This document shows positions 49,396-61,545 of a stretch of 64,000 bases of DNA, in pieces (the stretch's first letter is position 1; every line of letters starts with the position of its first letter). Made by a program: the position numbers and the translations under genes. A model generated the notes under the pieces. It was not told the DNA's origin. It saw only the letters and a program-made list of their open reading frames with translations, and did no database searches. The stretch comes from Azolla caroliniana (lineage: Eukaryota > Plantae > Polypodiophyta), in the NCBI GenBank assembly GCA_043228905.1, contig JBHGNT010000004.1:6014001-6078000 (forward strand), given 5' to 3'.

Positions 49396-49637
49396 AATGA
49401 TGATTGCATGTTCTATATAATGTAAACGTGTTGATTTATTCATCACATAAATAATGTAAACGTGTTGATCTATATGATGTAAACGTGTTGATTTATTTAA
49501 AGCAACTTCTGCTACCATAAGAATGTTTTGATTTGTATAACAAAAATATACCAAATAACACAAATATACTAAATGTTTGGATTTGTATAAGAATGTTTTG
49601 ATTTGTTAAGAATTGTGTGAGAGAATGTCGAACTCCC

Positions 49638-50326
49638 TGTTACGAAGGCGCTACAGCTCTTTTGTGTGCACAGCGGATCATGATGTGCTGGATCGTTCAG
49701 TGCTCAAGACCGAAAGGAAGGGGGAAAGAGACTTACCTCTGCACAGTCCAAAAGCTTCTACTTCATTACATGCAGAGCTCAACTCGCTCTCGTTAGTTTT
49801 TTGTTTTTCTGTTCTTACAACTCTCTGCATTACTCTCACTCTTCTTTTCTATTCTATTATACTTTTTACGTAAGTTATAAGTGACTTATATATGTAGCTA
49901 ATTAGCTGCTTGTAGCTAATTAGCTGTCTGTAGCTAAATAGTTTTCAATAGCTAAATAGAGGTCCATAGCTAAATAACTGTTTCACCATGATGTTCACTA
50001 GTAGCTAATTAGCTAATAGCTACTCTAGTTTATTTCTCAATAAGCATCACATACGTTTGTTGAGCTTGCTTCTCAACACTCCCCCTCAAGCTCAACTTAT
50101 CCTTTCTTGAGGTTATCTTCAATCTTCTTTCCTTCAAGCTTTTCAGCTACCATGCCGATGGTTATAACTCCCATCATGTCTCTAAACTGTGTATGTTTTT
50201 CCATGCTCAATCCCTTCGTAAGAATATTAGCAACTTGTTGATTTGTACTTACATATAACAGATCCACTTCTCCATCAATCACTTTTTCTCTAACAAAGTG
50301 ATAATGCACTTCAATGTGCTTTGTGT
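49638..50326 (-). mobile_element. 3' end of a copia: LTR 49638-50078, PPT, RNase H C-terminus
   Basis: TGT...ACA termini, CTCCCCCTC next to 50078, TKHIEVHYHFVRE...ANILTKGL; interrupts a tRNA copy at 49637. Confidence 0.85.
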
Positions 50327-53300
50327 TGTCCATAGGTGAGAAATATAAATATATTATGTAAACTCGTTGTTAGGTAGAAGAGTAGGTGAGGAAATAGGTA
50401 AGACTAGAAATAGCCGTGTCTTAGCCCTCACAATCAGCCGATGGCTCGGCTCTGTCTAAAGGGGAAAACTATATAACCCGAGTTATGCATACCTCAAGGG
50501 GGGATTATCTAGATCGTTCTTAGCGAGAGTAATATCACAGCAGCAAGTTCTGTACGAACTGTTTCCGACCGAGGCCGACTACTGTAATCGTTTTTATTCT
50601 TCTATCTGTGTATTCTCCCTGTACTCGTAAATCAAGCTACGTTATTGCCTAACGGGTTGTAGCTGGGTACGTTCCTCGTTCTCCTTTCTTCTCCCCGTGT
50701 AGAAGAGACTTCCCCGTAACACGATCCCTTGACCCCGATAGCCTGTGGGCTCATCGAAGGTGTTTTCCCAGAAACGGTTAACACAATTTGGCACGCCCGG
50801 TTACAACTATAAGGTCATAGCGAACTACGTTGGAAGAAAACTCCAGCGGCCATTACGGCGCCCAATCGCATCACGCGATCTCGGCCACCTGCCTGATGCC
50901 CTGAGCCAATCGAAGGAACTTCCGACTCGGCGGCTACTGACCAATCGTTCCAGGAACTATCGGAAGCTCACCGGTTGCAATCCTCGCCACCCGATACCTA
51001 GTCGCGAATTGATTCCGCACCAACCTCCCCTCCGAGCCCTCCAGAGGTCACCCAACCTGACCCTAACCCTTTTCTAGCTTTACCCGAGGACCAGGATCTC
51101 GATACCATGACTTACCCTTACCTACGGTATACCAACAGCCCCGACGCGGAATCACACACCCGGGCGTTCGTGTCCACATGGCTATCGGTTATCGGCTGCC
51201 GAAATCGAGGCTTCCAAACTCGCAGAATTTGCTTTATCCCTCAATGTCCCGGCTGCTTGATGGTACTCCCGGCTTGACATGGGAGAGTTCACAACATTCC
51301 AGGACGTCCGGACAAAGTTCCTACAATTATTTCACCACCAAGTTCCGAAGCGGGAACTACTCTGGCAATACTTTTCCATGAGCCAAGAACCTCACGAGAC
51401 GGTCGCCCAGCTCACGATCCGGTTTCAGGATCTCGGCCAACAACTGGTCGACAATGTCTCCGCTCATCACATTCCGGATACCTTCCTGTCCAGCCTACGG
51501 GAGCCTCTATGGACGACTCTCGCACTTACAGATTTCTCCAACCAGACTATCGAGCAAGTCATCACACGCGTCCTTGCAATTGATCAGACACAACATACCA
51601 CGGTTTTCTCCATGGGCTCTTTGCAAAGCTCCCTTCCTCAGGAGGACAATCGTTTCCAACAAGCCCTTCAATGCACAGCCTGCTTAGGCTCAGGCCATCT
51701 GGCTCTTGAGTGCCGTCACTACCCACACTGCCCCATATGTCAGTCCCGAGCTCACACGATCGCACAATGTGAGTACAACATGCTCAACCCCACAATGACG
51801 GCTCCGGTTCGCCAGATCGAGCTGCGCAATACGTATTCCCGGCAAGATGAACGTCATTCATACTGACATCAGGCAAACGAGCGACCACGATCCCCGGATC
51901 GCCAGCGCCGTGACGACGACTACGGCCGCGACGATGACTACCGTCGTCACGACAATCGCAGGAGATCGGACGACCGTATCCAATACCACGACGACCAATA
52001 TAGAGGGAACGATGAGTACGATCGGTATGACGACGACCGAGAGGACCGGTACGATCAGCAGTATGCACGAAATGATCGACGAAACTCTTATAGAGGTCCG
52101 CGGAACAATCATCGTCGGGACCCCCCTCCAAACGCCCAGCACACCACGCCACGGGCCAACACGCCTACCCAAGCGGCCAGGAACCAATCACAACCCTTCC
52201 CACACACTGAGCATGGTGACACTAGCAACTCGGCATCCGTTATCTGCTTTAAGTGTAACCAACCCGGCCACTATGCTACCCAATGCCCAACCACAAACCG
52301 CGGCAAGGCCCCGGCTGTGAATACTATTATGGTCAACGTCCAACACGTCACTACACGTAGCAAGAACCACGCCAACCAATGGCAAGAACAAGATGACGTT
52401 CGACAAGCAGCCAAGGAATGGATTGACACTGCCAACAAAAGCAACGTGGCACGGATGCATACAAAGATGCAGGACGTGACCATCGACACACCACCGGCCG
52501 TAGGACCATCCACCACGGCAGAAGATGACCATCTATGGGAAGCCCTTACAAGCGCTAGGATCTCGCTACCATTACATAAGTTGTTACCGCTCATGCCGCG
52601 CTTTCGGGATACCTTGGCTAAACTCATGGTTAACGACAAATCGGTCGTACCCCCTGTTAACCTGATAGAGCCAGGGACGGGCCCACCCCTCATGGATTCC
52701 CAGAATCCAGCCGTGGAAATCATGATTAAAGGACGTGACCTTCATGGGTGCATTATCGACGGTGTCTCAGGTGTGAACGTCATCAACGAGGCCACATGTC
52801 ACACCCTCGGCATAAACCAATGGGAGCCTTGCCCCTTTTGGCTGCGGATGGCCGATACGCGATCGGTTCGCCCCATCGGTTTAATCCGCCACCTTGATTT
52901 CACGTTAGGCGGCCACCTGTTCACTATCTCGGCAGTCGTGTTACGCCTCGAAGCTCCGAGCGCTTACCCAATGCTGCTTGGCCGACCCTGGTTCCGCACA
53001 ACAAATATTAAACAACATTGGCAACGGAATATGATCTCCTTCCGCTGGGGGAAGTCCAAGGTACGGGTAATAACTAGGGATCGGCAACGATTCGGTTTAG
53101 GCTTAGCCGGTTTGGCCTGATCCAAGCCAAACCGGCTAAGCCTAAACCGTTTACGGGATCTCAAACTTGAGCCTAGCCGGTTCACAAACCGGTTTAGCCT
53201 GAACCGGTTTGGTAAACGACTTGTAAACCGGTTTCCAAACCGGCTTGGAAACCGGTTTAGAAACCTCCCTCCCTCTCTCTCTCTCTCCCTACCTCCCTCT

Positions 53301-53511
53301 CTCTCTCAGATGATCCACTATATACTATATACTATATACTATACACTATACATTGTACAAGCTCTCCCTCCCACTCTCTCTCACGTCTGTGGTCTCGACT
53401 CTCTCCCTCTCTCTCCTTATATGTTGTCTCCCTCCCTCTCTCTCTCTCTCCACGTCTGTGTAGTTCTCCCTCCCTCACTCTCTCTCTCTCCCATCGTCTG
53501 TTTAGTCTCCC

Positions 53512-53549
<38 letters not shown>

Positions 53550-56500
53550 CTTGTCTGTTGTTTCTCTCCCCCTCTCTCCAAAGTTTATAAACGGCTTAAA
53601 CGGTTTAGACGGCTTAGACGGTTTGGCGAGGCTCAAGCCGAGCCGAGCCGAGCTCAAACCGTTAAGGCAAGTTCAAGCCTAAACCGAGCCGAGCCAAGCC
53701 GCCAAGCCGTTTTCAAGCCGGCTAAGCCAAACGGTTTAGGCTTGAGCCGAGCCGTTGCCGATCCCTAGTAATAACTGAAGAACGCCTAACCACACCTCAC
53801 AACACTACACCCTTATAAGCGGAAGGGGTACACATGCTCGACGGCTTAACCAACGAAGAGGTGGATGACTTCTTAGAAGATCACCCCACTATCGTACCCC
53901 TCTTCGAAATAAACGCCATTTCGGGTGTTGGCACACCACTAGATGAGGATGGCACGACAAATTCCCTTCCCCAAGACGACGCCGATCCCACCACTATCGC
54001 GGAACTACGACAAGCGCAGGACACGTTCGAACGAGAATTCGTCATTTCCCAGCGGGTAAAAGCATCAACGCTCGAGTCACTGAACCTCGGCTCAGACGAG
54101 AACCCGTGGACACTTCAAATCACTAATAACTTACCAACCGACGAACGGTCAACCCTGATACGCCTGCTCACGGAATATCATGATGTATTCGCCTGGTCTT
54201 ACGCGGATATGAAGGGATTGGATCCCCAATTTTACCAACACCAAGTACACCTCCTACCGGACACTCGGCCGATCCAACAACGACAATACCATATGAACCC
54301 CAACTACGCGGCTAAGGTCAAAGAGGAAATCGACAAACTCCTTCGAGTAGGCTTTATACGCCCAGTAAAAAGAGCCACATGGTTAAGCCCAATTGTCATG
54401 GTCCCCAAGAAAAACGGGAAAATCCGCATTTGTGTTGATTACCGCAAACTCAATGATGCGACAGTCACGGATGGGTTCTCTCTTCCATTCACGGATAGTG
54501 TGCTTGACACGGGGGTTGGTCATGAATGCTATAGTTTCCTCGATGGGTTTAGTGGCTATAATCAAATCCGAATGCACCCGGACGATCAGGAGAAAACGGC
54601 GTTTGTCACAGAGTGGGGTGTCTTCGTGGCTGAGGTAATGATGTTCGGATTAAAGACGGCACCGGCCAAGTTCCAACGCATCATCTTAGAGATTTTCAAC
54701 GAATATATTCTAGCGTTCATGCAAGTGTTCCTCAACGACTTTGCCGTGTATGGCCAACGGCTGGAGCATATGACCCAACTATGACTCTGTCTCGAACGAT
54801 GCCAACACGCTCACTTGAGCTTAAATCCGGAAAAATGTGCGTTCTTGGTGACAAGCGGCAACCTGCTCGGGCACATAGTCAGCCAGGAAGGTATTGCCAT
54901 GGACCCGGATAAAGTGTACGCCATTCTAAATGCCCCCGCGCCACCTACTGTGAAGGCTCTCAGTAGATTCTTGGGCCAAATTAGATGGCATAGCCGGATG
55001 TTGCGACACCTGGCCGATTTCACGACTCCTTTACACGTGGTGGTGCATAGACTCCCATTTCAGTGGTCTTCAACAGAAGACGAGGCGTACCAAGCCTTGA
55101 AGTTAATGCTCTCCCATGCCCTGATGGTGCAGGCACCGGTCTGGTCGGAACCTTTTCACGTCTTCGTAGACACATCAGATATAGACATCGGCAACGCGCT
55201 CATGCAGCGCACAACACCAAATTGGTACCGGCCAGTGTATTACGCTAGCCGACGACTCTCGACCGCGGAGAAGAACTACTCAACCACTGAACGTGAGGCC
55301 CTCGGTATGGTTTACAACATCAACAAATTCCGGCATTATCTCTTGGGTCGGAACTTCACATTCCACGTCGACCAATCGGCCCTCCTCTACTTGGTTAATA
55401 AGCAGGCCCTCACAGGTCGCCTGGTCTGATGGATGCTCCTGCTATAGGAGTTTGATTTTCAGATCCAGCACCGGCATGGCATCCAACATGCTGTAATTGA
55501 CTACCTGAGCCGCCTCGAGTCAGGCGAACCAGCCGTGTCCACGTACGATGAATTACCTGACGCCGCCCTTTTCAGTCTCGCAACGGTGCAAAATGCAAAT
55601 GAGGACGAATGGATCACAAAGATGACCCATTTTCTCAACACCGGCCTTCCTCCTGACCACTTGACCCTCGACACCCGAAAACGACTAGTTGTCAGGAGCC
55701 GAAATTTCTGTCTTGTCTCCGACACCCTTTACCACAAAGGCTCAGATGGCATCTAGTGCCAGGCAATCCGTCAATTTGAGAAACCCGCAATCCTCCAGGA
55801 GGCACATCACGGAATCGCGGGGGGACATTACCCTGGAGAGGCCACGACAAGAAAAATATGGCAGAGTGGCTTGTGGTGGCCCACAACAAAAAAAGATGCT
55901 CATGAATTCTGTCGACAATGCGATCTATATCAACGCATGGGACAACTGACCGAGCAAGCCCGAATGCCGCACCAACCCATTCTTCCGTTAGAGCCATTTC
56001 AAAAGTGGGGGTTAGATTTTGTAGGACCTTTTAAACCAGTCGCGGCCCGCACCGGTAACAAATACATCATCGTGGCCACGGACTATTGCACAAAATGGGT
56101 CGAGGCTAAGGCACTGCGGGACAATACTGCTGCATCCATGGCAAAATTCGTATACGAACATCTATGGTGCCGATATGGATGCCCAATCAAGCTCATTAGT
56201 GACCAAGGCGGGCATTTTCAAAACCACATAATTCGCGAACTCACTACACACTACGCGATCGTACATAAGAAAAGTACGTCATACTATCCACAGGCAAACG
56301 GATTGGCAGAGTCGACTAATAAAATTTTGCAGACAATCCTGAAAAAGATCGTCAATGAGAACCGCACTGATTGGGATGCCAAGCTCCAGAGTGCATTATG
56401 GGCATATCGCACCACATTCAAAACTAGCATTCAGTCTATACCCTTTCAGTTGGCCTTTGGTTTGGAAGCAATCTTGCCGATCAAGTTCCAAGTTTCGAGT

Positions 56501-58681
56501 CTCCGAGTTCAAGTTCAGGAAAGGCTACCCGAGGGTCAATCAGAGCAATATCAGCTCGAACAACTCCTCGAACTCGACGAACAACAAGTGGCCAACATGG
56601 CTCACCTAGAGCAACGCCAATGGCAATGCAAAGCCTTCATCGATCGACACCGAAAGGGTACGGAGAAGGCACTTACCATCGGCAAACCGGTTTTGGTCTT
56701 CCAAACACGACTCGGTGCTATGCTGTGTAAATTACGATTCCGATGGACAGGCCCCTTCTAGATAATTGACGAGTTTAATGGCACATTCCAACTCGGCACA
56801 CTTGCCGGAGACATCGTCAAGAGCTGGGCAAATGGCTTCCGCCTTCGACCTTACCTCGGGACAACCCCAGTTAATCCTTTCGCCGTGACCGACGGCACGG
56901 ACCAGCTCCCAGACGATGCCTCGAATGAGGCCACATGTCCCCATCGGTACAATCATGACCTACGGACCAAATGTATATAGTAGGAATGATTTTTAGTAGT
57001 TAAATTAGCATTACCTAGAATTACCTAACTAATCACCCCAAATCACGAGATTTTTTTTAGGTGCACCAACTAGTCACATCCACTTTAAAAAAGAATATTT
57101 AAGAAGCATGCACACCAAACTAGCAGTCCTGGGACGCGTGGCCATAATACCTTATTATGGCAACCACGACTAGGAATCTCAAAGATCTTCTCCCTGCACA
57201 AAACCCTAGGCAATCACATAAAAGAAACTACCCCACACACAACGCGCCCACTCACTCAAACGCGTTCTTGCCTTCACCGCCTTCAAGCTCAGCGGCTCTA
57301 TCTCACTCTCATCGCCCCTACAAATGGACTCCTACCTCTCGCCCTCGTAGCCCTTGCACAGACCAACAACGTTCCCCCAACGCTCTGTCTTGCCCTCGTC
57401 TCATCGCTTGCCCCCACACCTCCTGCCAGCAAACCTCCGCATCCACCATGCCTCTCGCTGCATCACAGGAAACCCGTTCTTGGCTACAACAATGAGGATT
57501 GGGTGGGTACTTACAGGTCATCGACGTCCCAATGCACCCTAACGCCCCAGCGATAGCACACCGAATACACCTTCACACAGTATCCAACAACATGATTCGC
57601 GCGGCTCTAGACCCTGCGCGGGGCGGAGACCATGAGGTCAAAATCCCTCCCCACTCGATCATCAAGGAATATTTTGGGATGTATTCAATGTCGGGTAAAG
57701 CTTACCGCACTTACGGAGGGCCAAACAAAGCTTTTGGGGAAATCGCTCGGATTTTGATGGAATACGCCTTTGTGCATACCCATCCCACGAGTATGCCATA
57801 GAACAAAGCTGTTATAATCATTCGGGCATATGAAGGCGAAAAAATCGATTGGGGAATCATCACCGGAGAAGGAGTCCATGCGGCGCTCGAATCCTTTCAA
57901 ACTGGTAAGCGTTTGTTGCCTGTGTTCAATCACTTCCTCACAGTCCTCTACCCACCTCCTTCGGTTTCCCCTCGTCGCATCCTGACCTCTCCACCACCAC
58001 CAAGGAAACAACGGGAGAAGATCTTGGCGTTAACCCAAAAAGAATGGGAAGAACCCTCCCCTCACCTTCTCCACCTCCCTCAGCCATTCAGAACCCTACT
58101 TCCGCCTTGGCACCACCCCCACCAAAAACACAGAAACAACAGGCGTTAACAGCGACCCGTGTCGAATGGGACGAGGCTAAGGAGCCCATCACCGAGGATG
58201 TCACCATACACCAGAAACCGCCAAGAACATCAATGACCTCTCCACAACCGAGCCCACGGCCCACAAGCCAGCAGCCCTCGGCCATACGACAACAAAAGAG
58301 GAAACAGGCCGAGGAGCCAACACCACCGGCCCCCGACGCACAAGATCAGCCTCCAAAAAGACGCCGCATCATTCGAGATGCAACCACAGAAACCGAGGGC
58401 GACCATCATCAGAAATCAAAAGAGGCCAGCCCAACCTCCACGACAATGGTACCAGCGGAGTCATGGCTCCAAGTCGGTAGGATCGAGCATGGACAAACCA
58501 CGCAGATATCAGAGGAGGAAGTCCTCGATTACAAAGATCTACCCGCGGAGACATACGAGTTCAGTGCACTACTTCAATTGGGCACAACATATGAGTTAAT
58601 AGATTTCCTTGCGCGCGCCCAAGTAATTGTTGTCGCTCGTATGGGCAAGGAGCACGCCGAAACAAAGATGGCCCAACGCAC
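50327..58681 (+). mobile_element. Non-chromoviral gypsy related to A (LTR ~50327-50783, gag-pol, extra ORF), decayed
   Basis: PBS TGGCACGCCC 50789-50798 (probably tRNA-Arg); gag 51279, protease IIDGVSG, RT 53834-54784, RH 54815-55429, integrase 55871-56761, extra ORF ~57448-58681. Confidence 0.9.
53075..53767. mobile_element. hAT-type MITE (693 bp)
   Basis: TIR TAGGGATCGGCAACG / CGTTGCCGATCCCTA; 8-bp TSD GTAATAAC at 53067-53074 and 53768-53775; subterminal AAACCG/GCCGA repeats; (CT)n core. Confidence 0.95.
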
Positions 58682-59392
58682 TGTCATGAAGAAAACCGTC
58701 CCTAGGCGGAAACCGAGTTTAGCATGTGTAAACCGGCCCTTACACACGAGCACACTTTTCGTTGTATAGTAAGTAGGTAGGTACAAATCGGCTGAGGTGA
58801 AATCCTAGGTAGCACGCATTCAATAGGGAGAGAATCGAATTGTATTTCTGTCCGAAAGGACAGAGAATTAATATGATGTAACGGATGATAACGGCCTCGC
58901 TCCTTGGGTTATAAAAGAGAGGGAGAGGAATGAAAAAGGTATCGGGCGTTAGAGACGACGAAGTGCTGCCGGACTGGGATTGAGCCCTTCTCCTCTGCCA
59001 CTCTCCATAGCCATTTTTGCGCAGGTTTTCGGGAGGCTGACTCTACTCCGTGGAACGCCCGTGTGCTTCCGGCAGAGTCTCCATCTCGCTCTTCTGTGTG
59101 TGTGAGTGAACAAGCGTCGGTGTCCACCTTGCCGGCCTGTTAGTTGTAACCGTCTTGATATATATATACATTTATATACATACGTGTTCATATACTCGGA
59201 CTTCTAGTCGTCTCGTTTTGCTGTGTTGTTGGACTGTGATTCCTGTGTGCTCCCGTGTCAGTGCGTGTGCAAGTGCGTCTGTTGCCTTTCTGTTCTCCTC
59301 CTTCTCAGCTATTTCTTGGTCCAAGGCCCCGATGGTCCCGCCTCGTTCTCCACGCACGCTCGTAACAACGCGACATATTTGGTGAACCCGAC

Positions 59393-61545
59393 GTGAACAT
59401 GCGGCAAAGGAATAGAAAGATGAGGGGGTCGGATCCCGCGGAAGCCATGGCTTCAGCTGTGGATCGGATAGTGAGTGCGCGCGAAGGCACATGCGCCCTC
59501 AATAGGGCAATTGAAACTGTCGTTGGCGCGATAGGCTGGTTCGGTGTGAAGGACGCCATGAGCTATTTGGAGGCCTACCGGGCCGAGATGGTAATGAGAG
59601 ACATTCCGGAAGAAAGGCGACTGACCGGATTCCCTCGGGTGGCGATGTCGGGCATCCATGCGGAGGTGCTCGAGGTACGGGCTAAGAGTCGGACCTGGGA
59701 AGAGTTTGAAGGTCGGCTCCTCGAAAAATACGGGCTTGATGACGCGCTTCGGCTCTCGAAACAGGACTTCATGGAATGGGTAGAGACCCCCGAAAAGGGG
59801 AGAAACGCGTCGGTGCTCCTCCGGGAGTTTGAAGAACGCTTCGCGCGTCTTTCAGCGCTTGACCGGACCGTACTAGACACAAGTCGCGTCCTGCTGTTCG
59901 TTAAGTCGGTGGATGCGAGGGACCGGGAGCAAGTGGGTCTCCTGCTGGAGATTGGTGACGGGCTGACGGCCAACTGGGCCGTGGTGAAGAGAGTCTGTGG
60001 CCATTTCAACAAACGGCGAAAGTGGGTTGATAAAGGATCAACAGGGGCGGGCTCTGTAACAGCAAGGAAACTTGAGCCAACCCCGCCAGCGCGAAGGGAA
60101 GAGACCCGAGACTGGCTCGAGACCGGATCGACTTCGACCGGCATGGTCAAAAGCTCGTCCAAAGGAGTAGCTCTAGAGGAGCTGTCTAGGATGGTAAAGG
60201 ACCTCCAGATTGCACAGGCACGGAGGGACGGCGGCGAACAGGCCCGTGACCGAAGTCCTCTGCCTGGAAACCGGTGTTTGTGGTGCGACGCGGTCGGCCA
60301 TGTCCGGAAGGACTGCGGGGACTTCGCCGAGGCAATGAGAGCCAATGTGGTGTACCTATGGAATGGTCAGGTGCACGCTAGCGAGACCCGAAGGGCCCTA
60401 GACCTGAATGTCGGACGGGGGGGTATGAAACGGCTGATGGAAGAGGCGGCGACTCGCCACGCGGAGACTGTCCACTACTCGGCGTCGACTGGGATCCGGG
60501 TCGGAGGTGGTGAGGCCCGGAAGACGAACGAAGCCGGATTCTGGCTGCTGATGCTGGAAGGCCTCGCCGGCGCACGGCTAAGGAAAGAAGAAGCGGACCG
60601 CGCGGAAAAACGGGTCTGGGAGGTAACCGGGTGGAGTGACCCGGTCGAAGAGAAGACGGGCTTCGTTGAAGCCGCATGCCAGAACTACGAGGCTCTGGTG
60701 GAAGACAGGAGAGTAGGTAAAACCGGAGGGGCCGGGCCCTCACGACGGTACGAGACTCGATTCGATCAAAGGCAGAATGAGGCCGGTGCGACTGGCGCAC
60801 CAGATAAAGCCAAGAAGGTCGGGTACCGGTTGAGCATGGAAATCGAAAGGACCACGAACCTGTGAAAGGTCCTGGAGGAACGTATCCTCGATAGCAAAGT
60901 GGAGTTGTCGCTGAGGGAAGTGCTCGGGATCGCCAAGAAGGAGTTCCACGACTCCATCGTAGACTTGGTGAAGAGGAAGAGGTTGTCGATAGAGCCAGAG
61001 CTGGAGAAGCCGGTGGAAGTGCGAACGACGCACATAGAGGACATGGCGCTAGAAGAGAGTTGGTGGAGAGCCACTATTCGAGGCCGCAGTTGGCCAGAGC
61101 GACCACGGAGACCCCTGTTAAGATCGGGGATGTCCAGGAGCCGGTGGTGGCGTTGGTGGACCACAGTTCAGAAATCAACTTGATGTCCATGGACTTCTAC
61201 AAAAAGGGGAAATGGCTGATCAACACCAAACACTGCTGGAAAATACAGGTAGCGACGCGCGCCACGGAAGAACTACATGGAGCGTGCCCTAATGTACGGG
61301 TGAAAATCGGCGATGTCGAGATCGACCAACACTTCTTCGTGCAGGAGACATCCTCACATCCGGTTATACTAGGAGAACCATACATCACGGCAACACGGAT
61401 GGAGACCAAGGTGCTGGACAACAGTTCGGCCTATGCAAGAGTCAAGAGCCAGGACGGGCGTCACTCGGTCCAGTTCCTGACAGTGCGACCAAACCATGAG
61501 CGTAATCGCGAGACCCTCAGTGGCGAAACCCGAGGGGATTTTTAG
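59393..61545 (+). pseudogene. gag-protease (CLWCDAVGHVRKDC; VDHSSEINLM), with a stop and a frameshift
   Basis: ORFs 59393-60865, 60899-61183, 61060-61545. Confidence 0.8.

Larger units (their letters stand above)
43628..49637 (-). repeat. tRNA-Met(e)-derived satellite, block 3 (~19 copies, ~1.3-kb higher-order repeat)
   Basis: Copies near 43721, 44133, 44325, 44754, 45037, 45428, 45610, 46039, 46328, 46536, 46949, 47141, 47565, 47994, 48285, 48702, 48894, 49312, 49613 (partial). Confidence 0.93.

Noticed and set aside
28458-49563. Short 60-70 aa ORFs within the satellite blocks
   Set aside because: Chance frames across tRNA copies and spacers; frame not conserved between units
20540-49637. 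CRISPR-like repeat/spacer array
   Set aside because: The spacers are themselves repeated, the repeats are 84-nt tRNA copies, there are no cas genes and the context is eukaryotic
20540-49637. Cluster of tRNA-derived SINE insertions
   Set aside because: Intron retained, no tails or TSDs, flanks co-amplified in a periodic order
49897-50025. TAGCTA/AGCTAATTAGCT palindromic repeats as a separate element
   Set aside because: They lie inside the copia LTR 49638-50078 and have no independent boundaries
53310-53768. 152-aa SL-rich ORF
   Set aside because: Translation of the (CT)n core and subterminal repeats of the MITE
59575-60345. Long antisense ORFs over gag/pol (also 7761-8556, 61517-62257)
   Set aside because: Shadow frames of GC-rich coding sequence with no motifs
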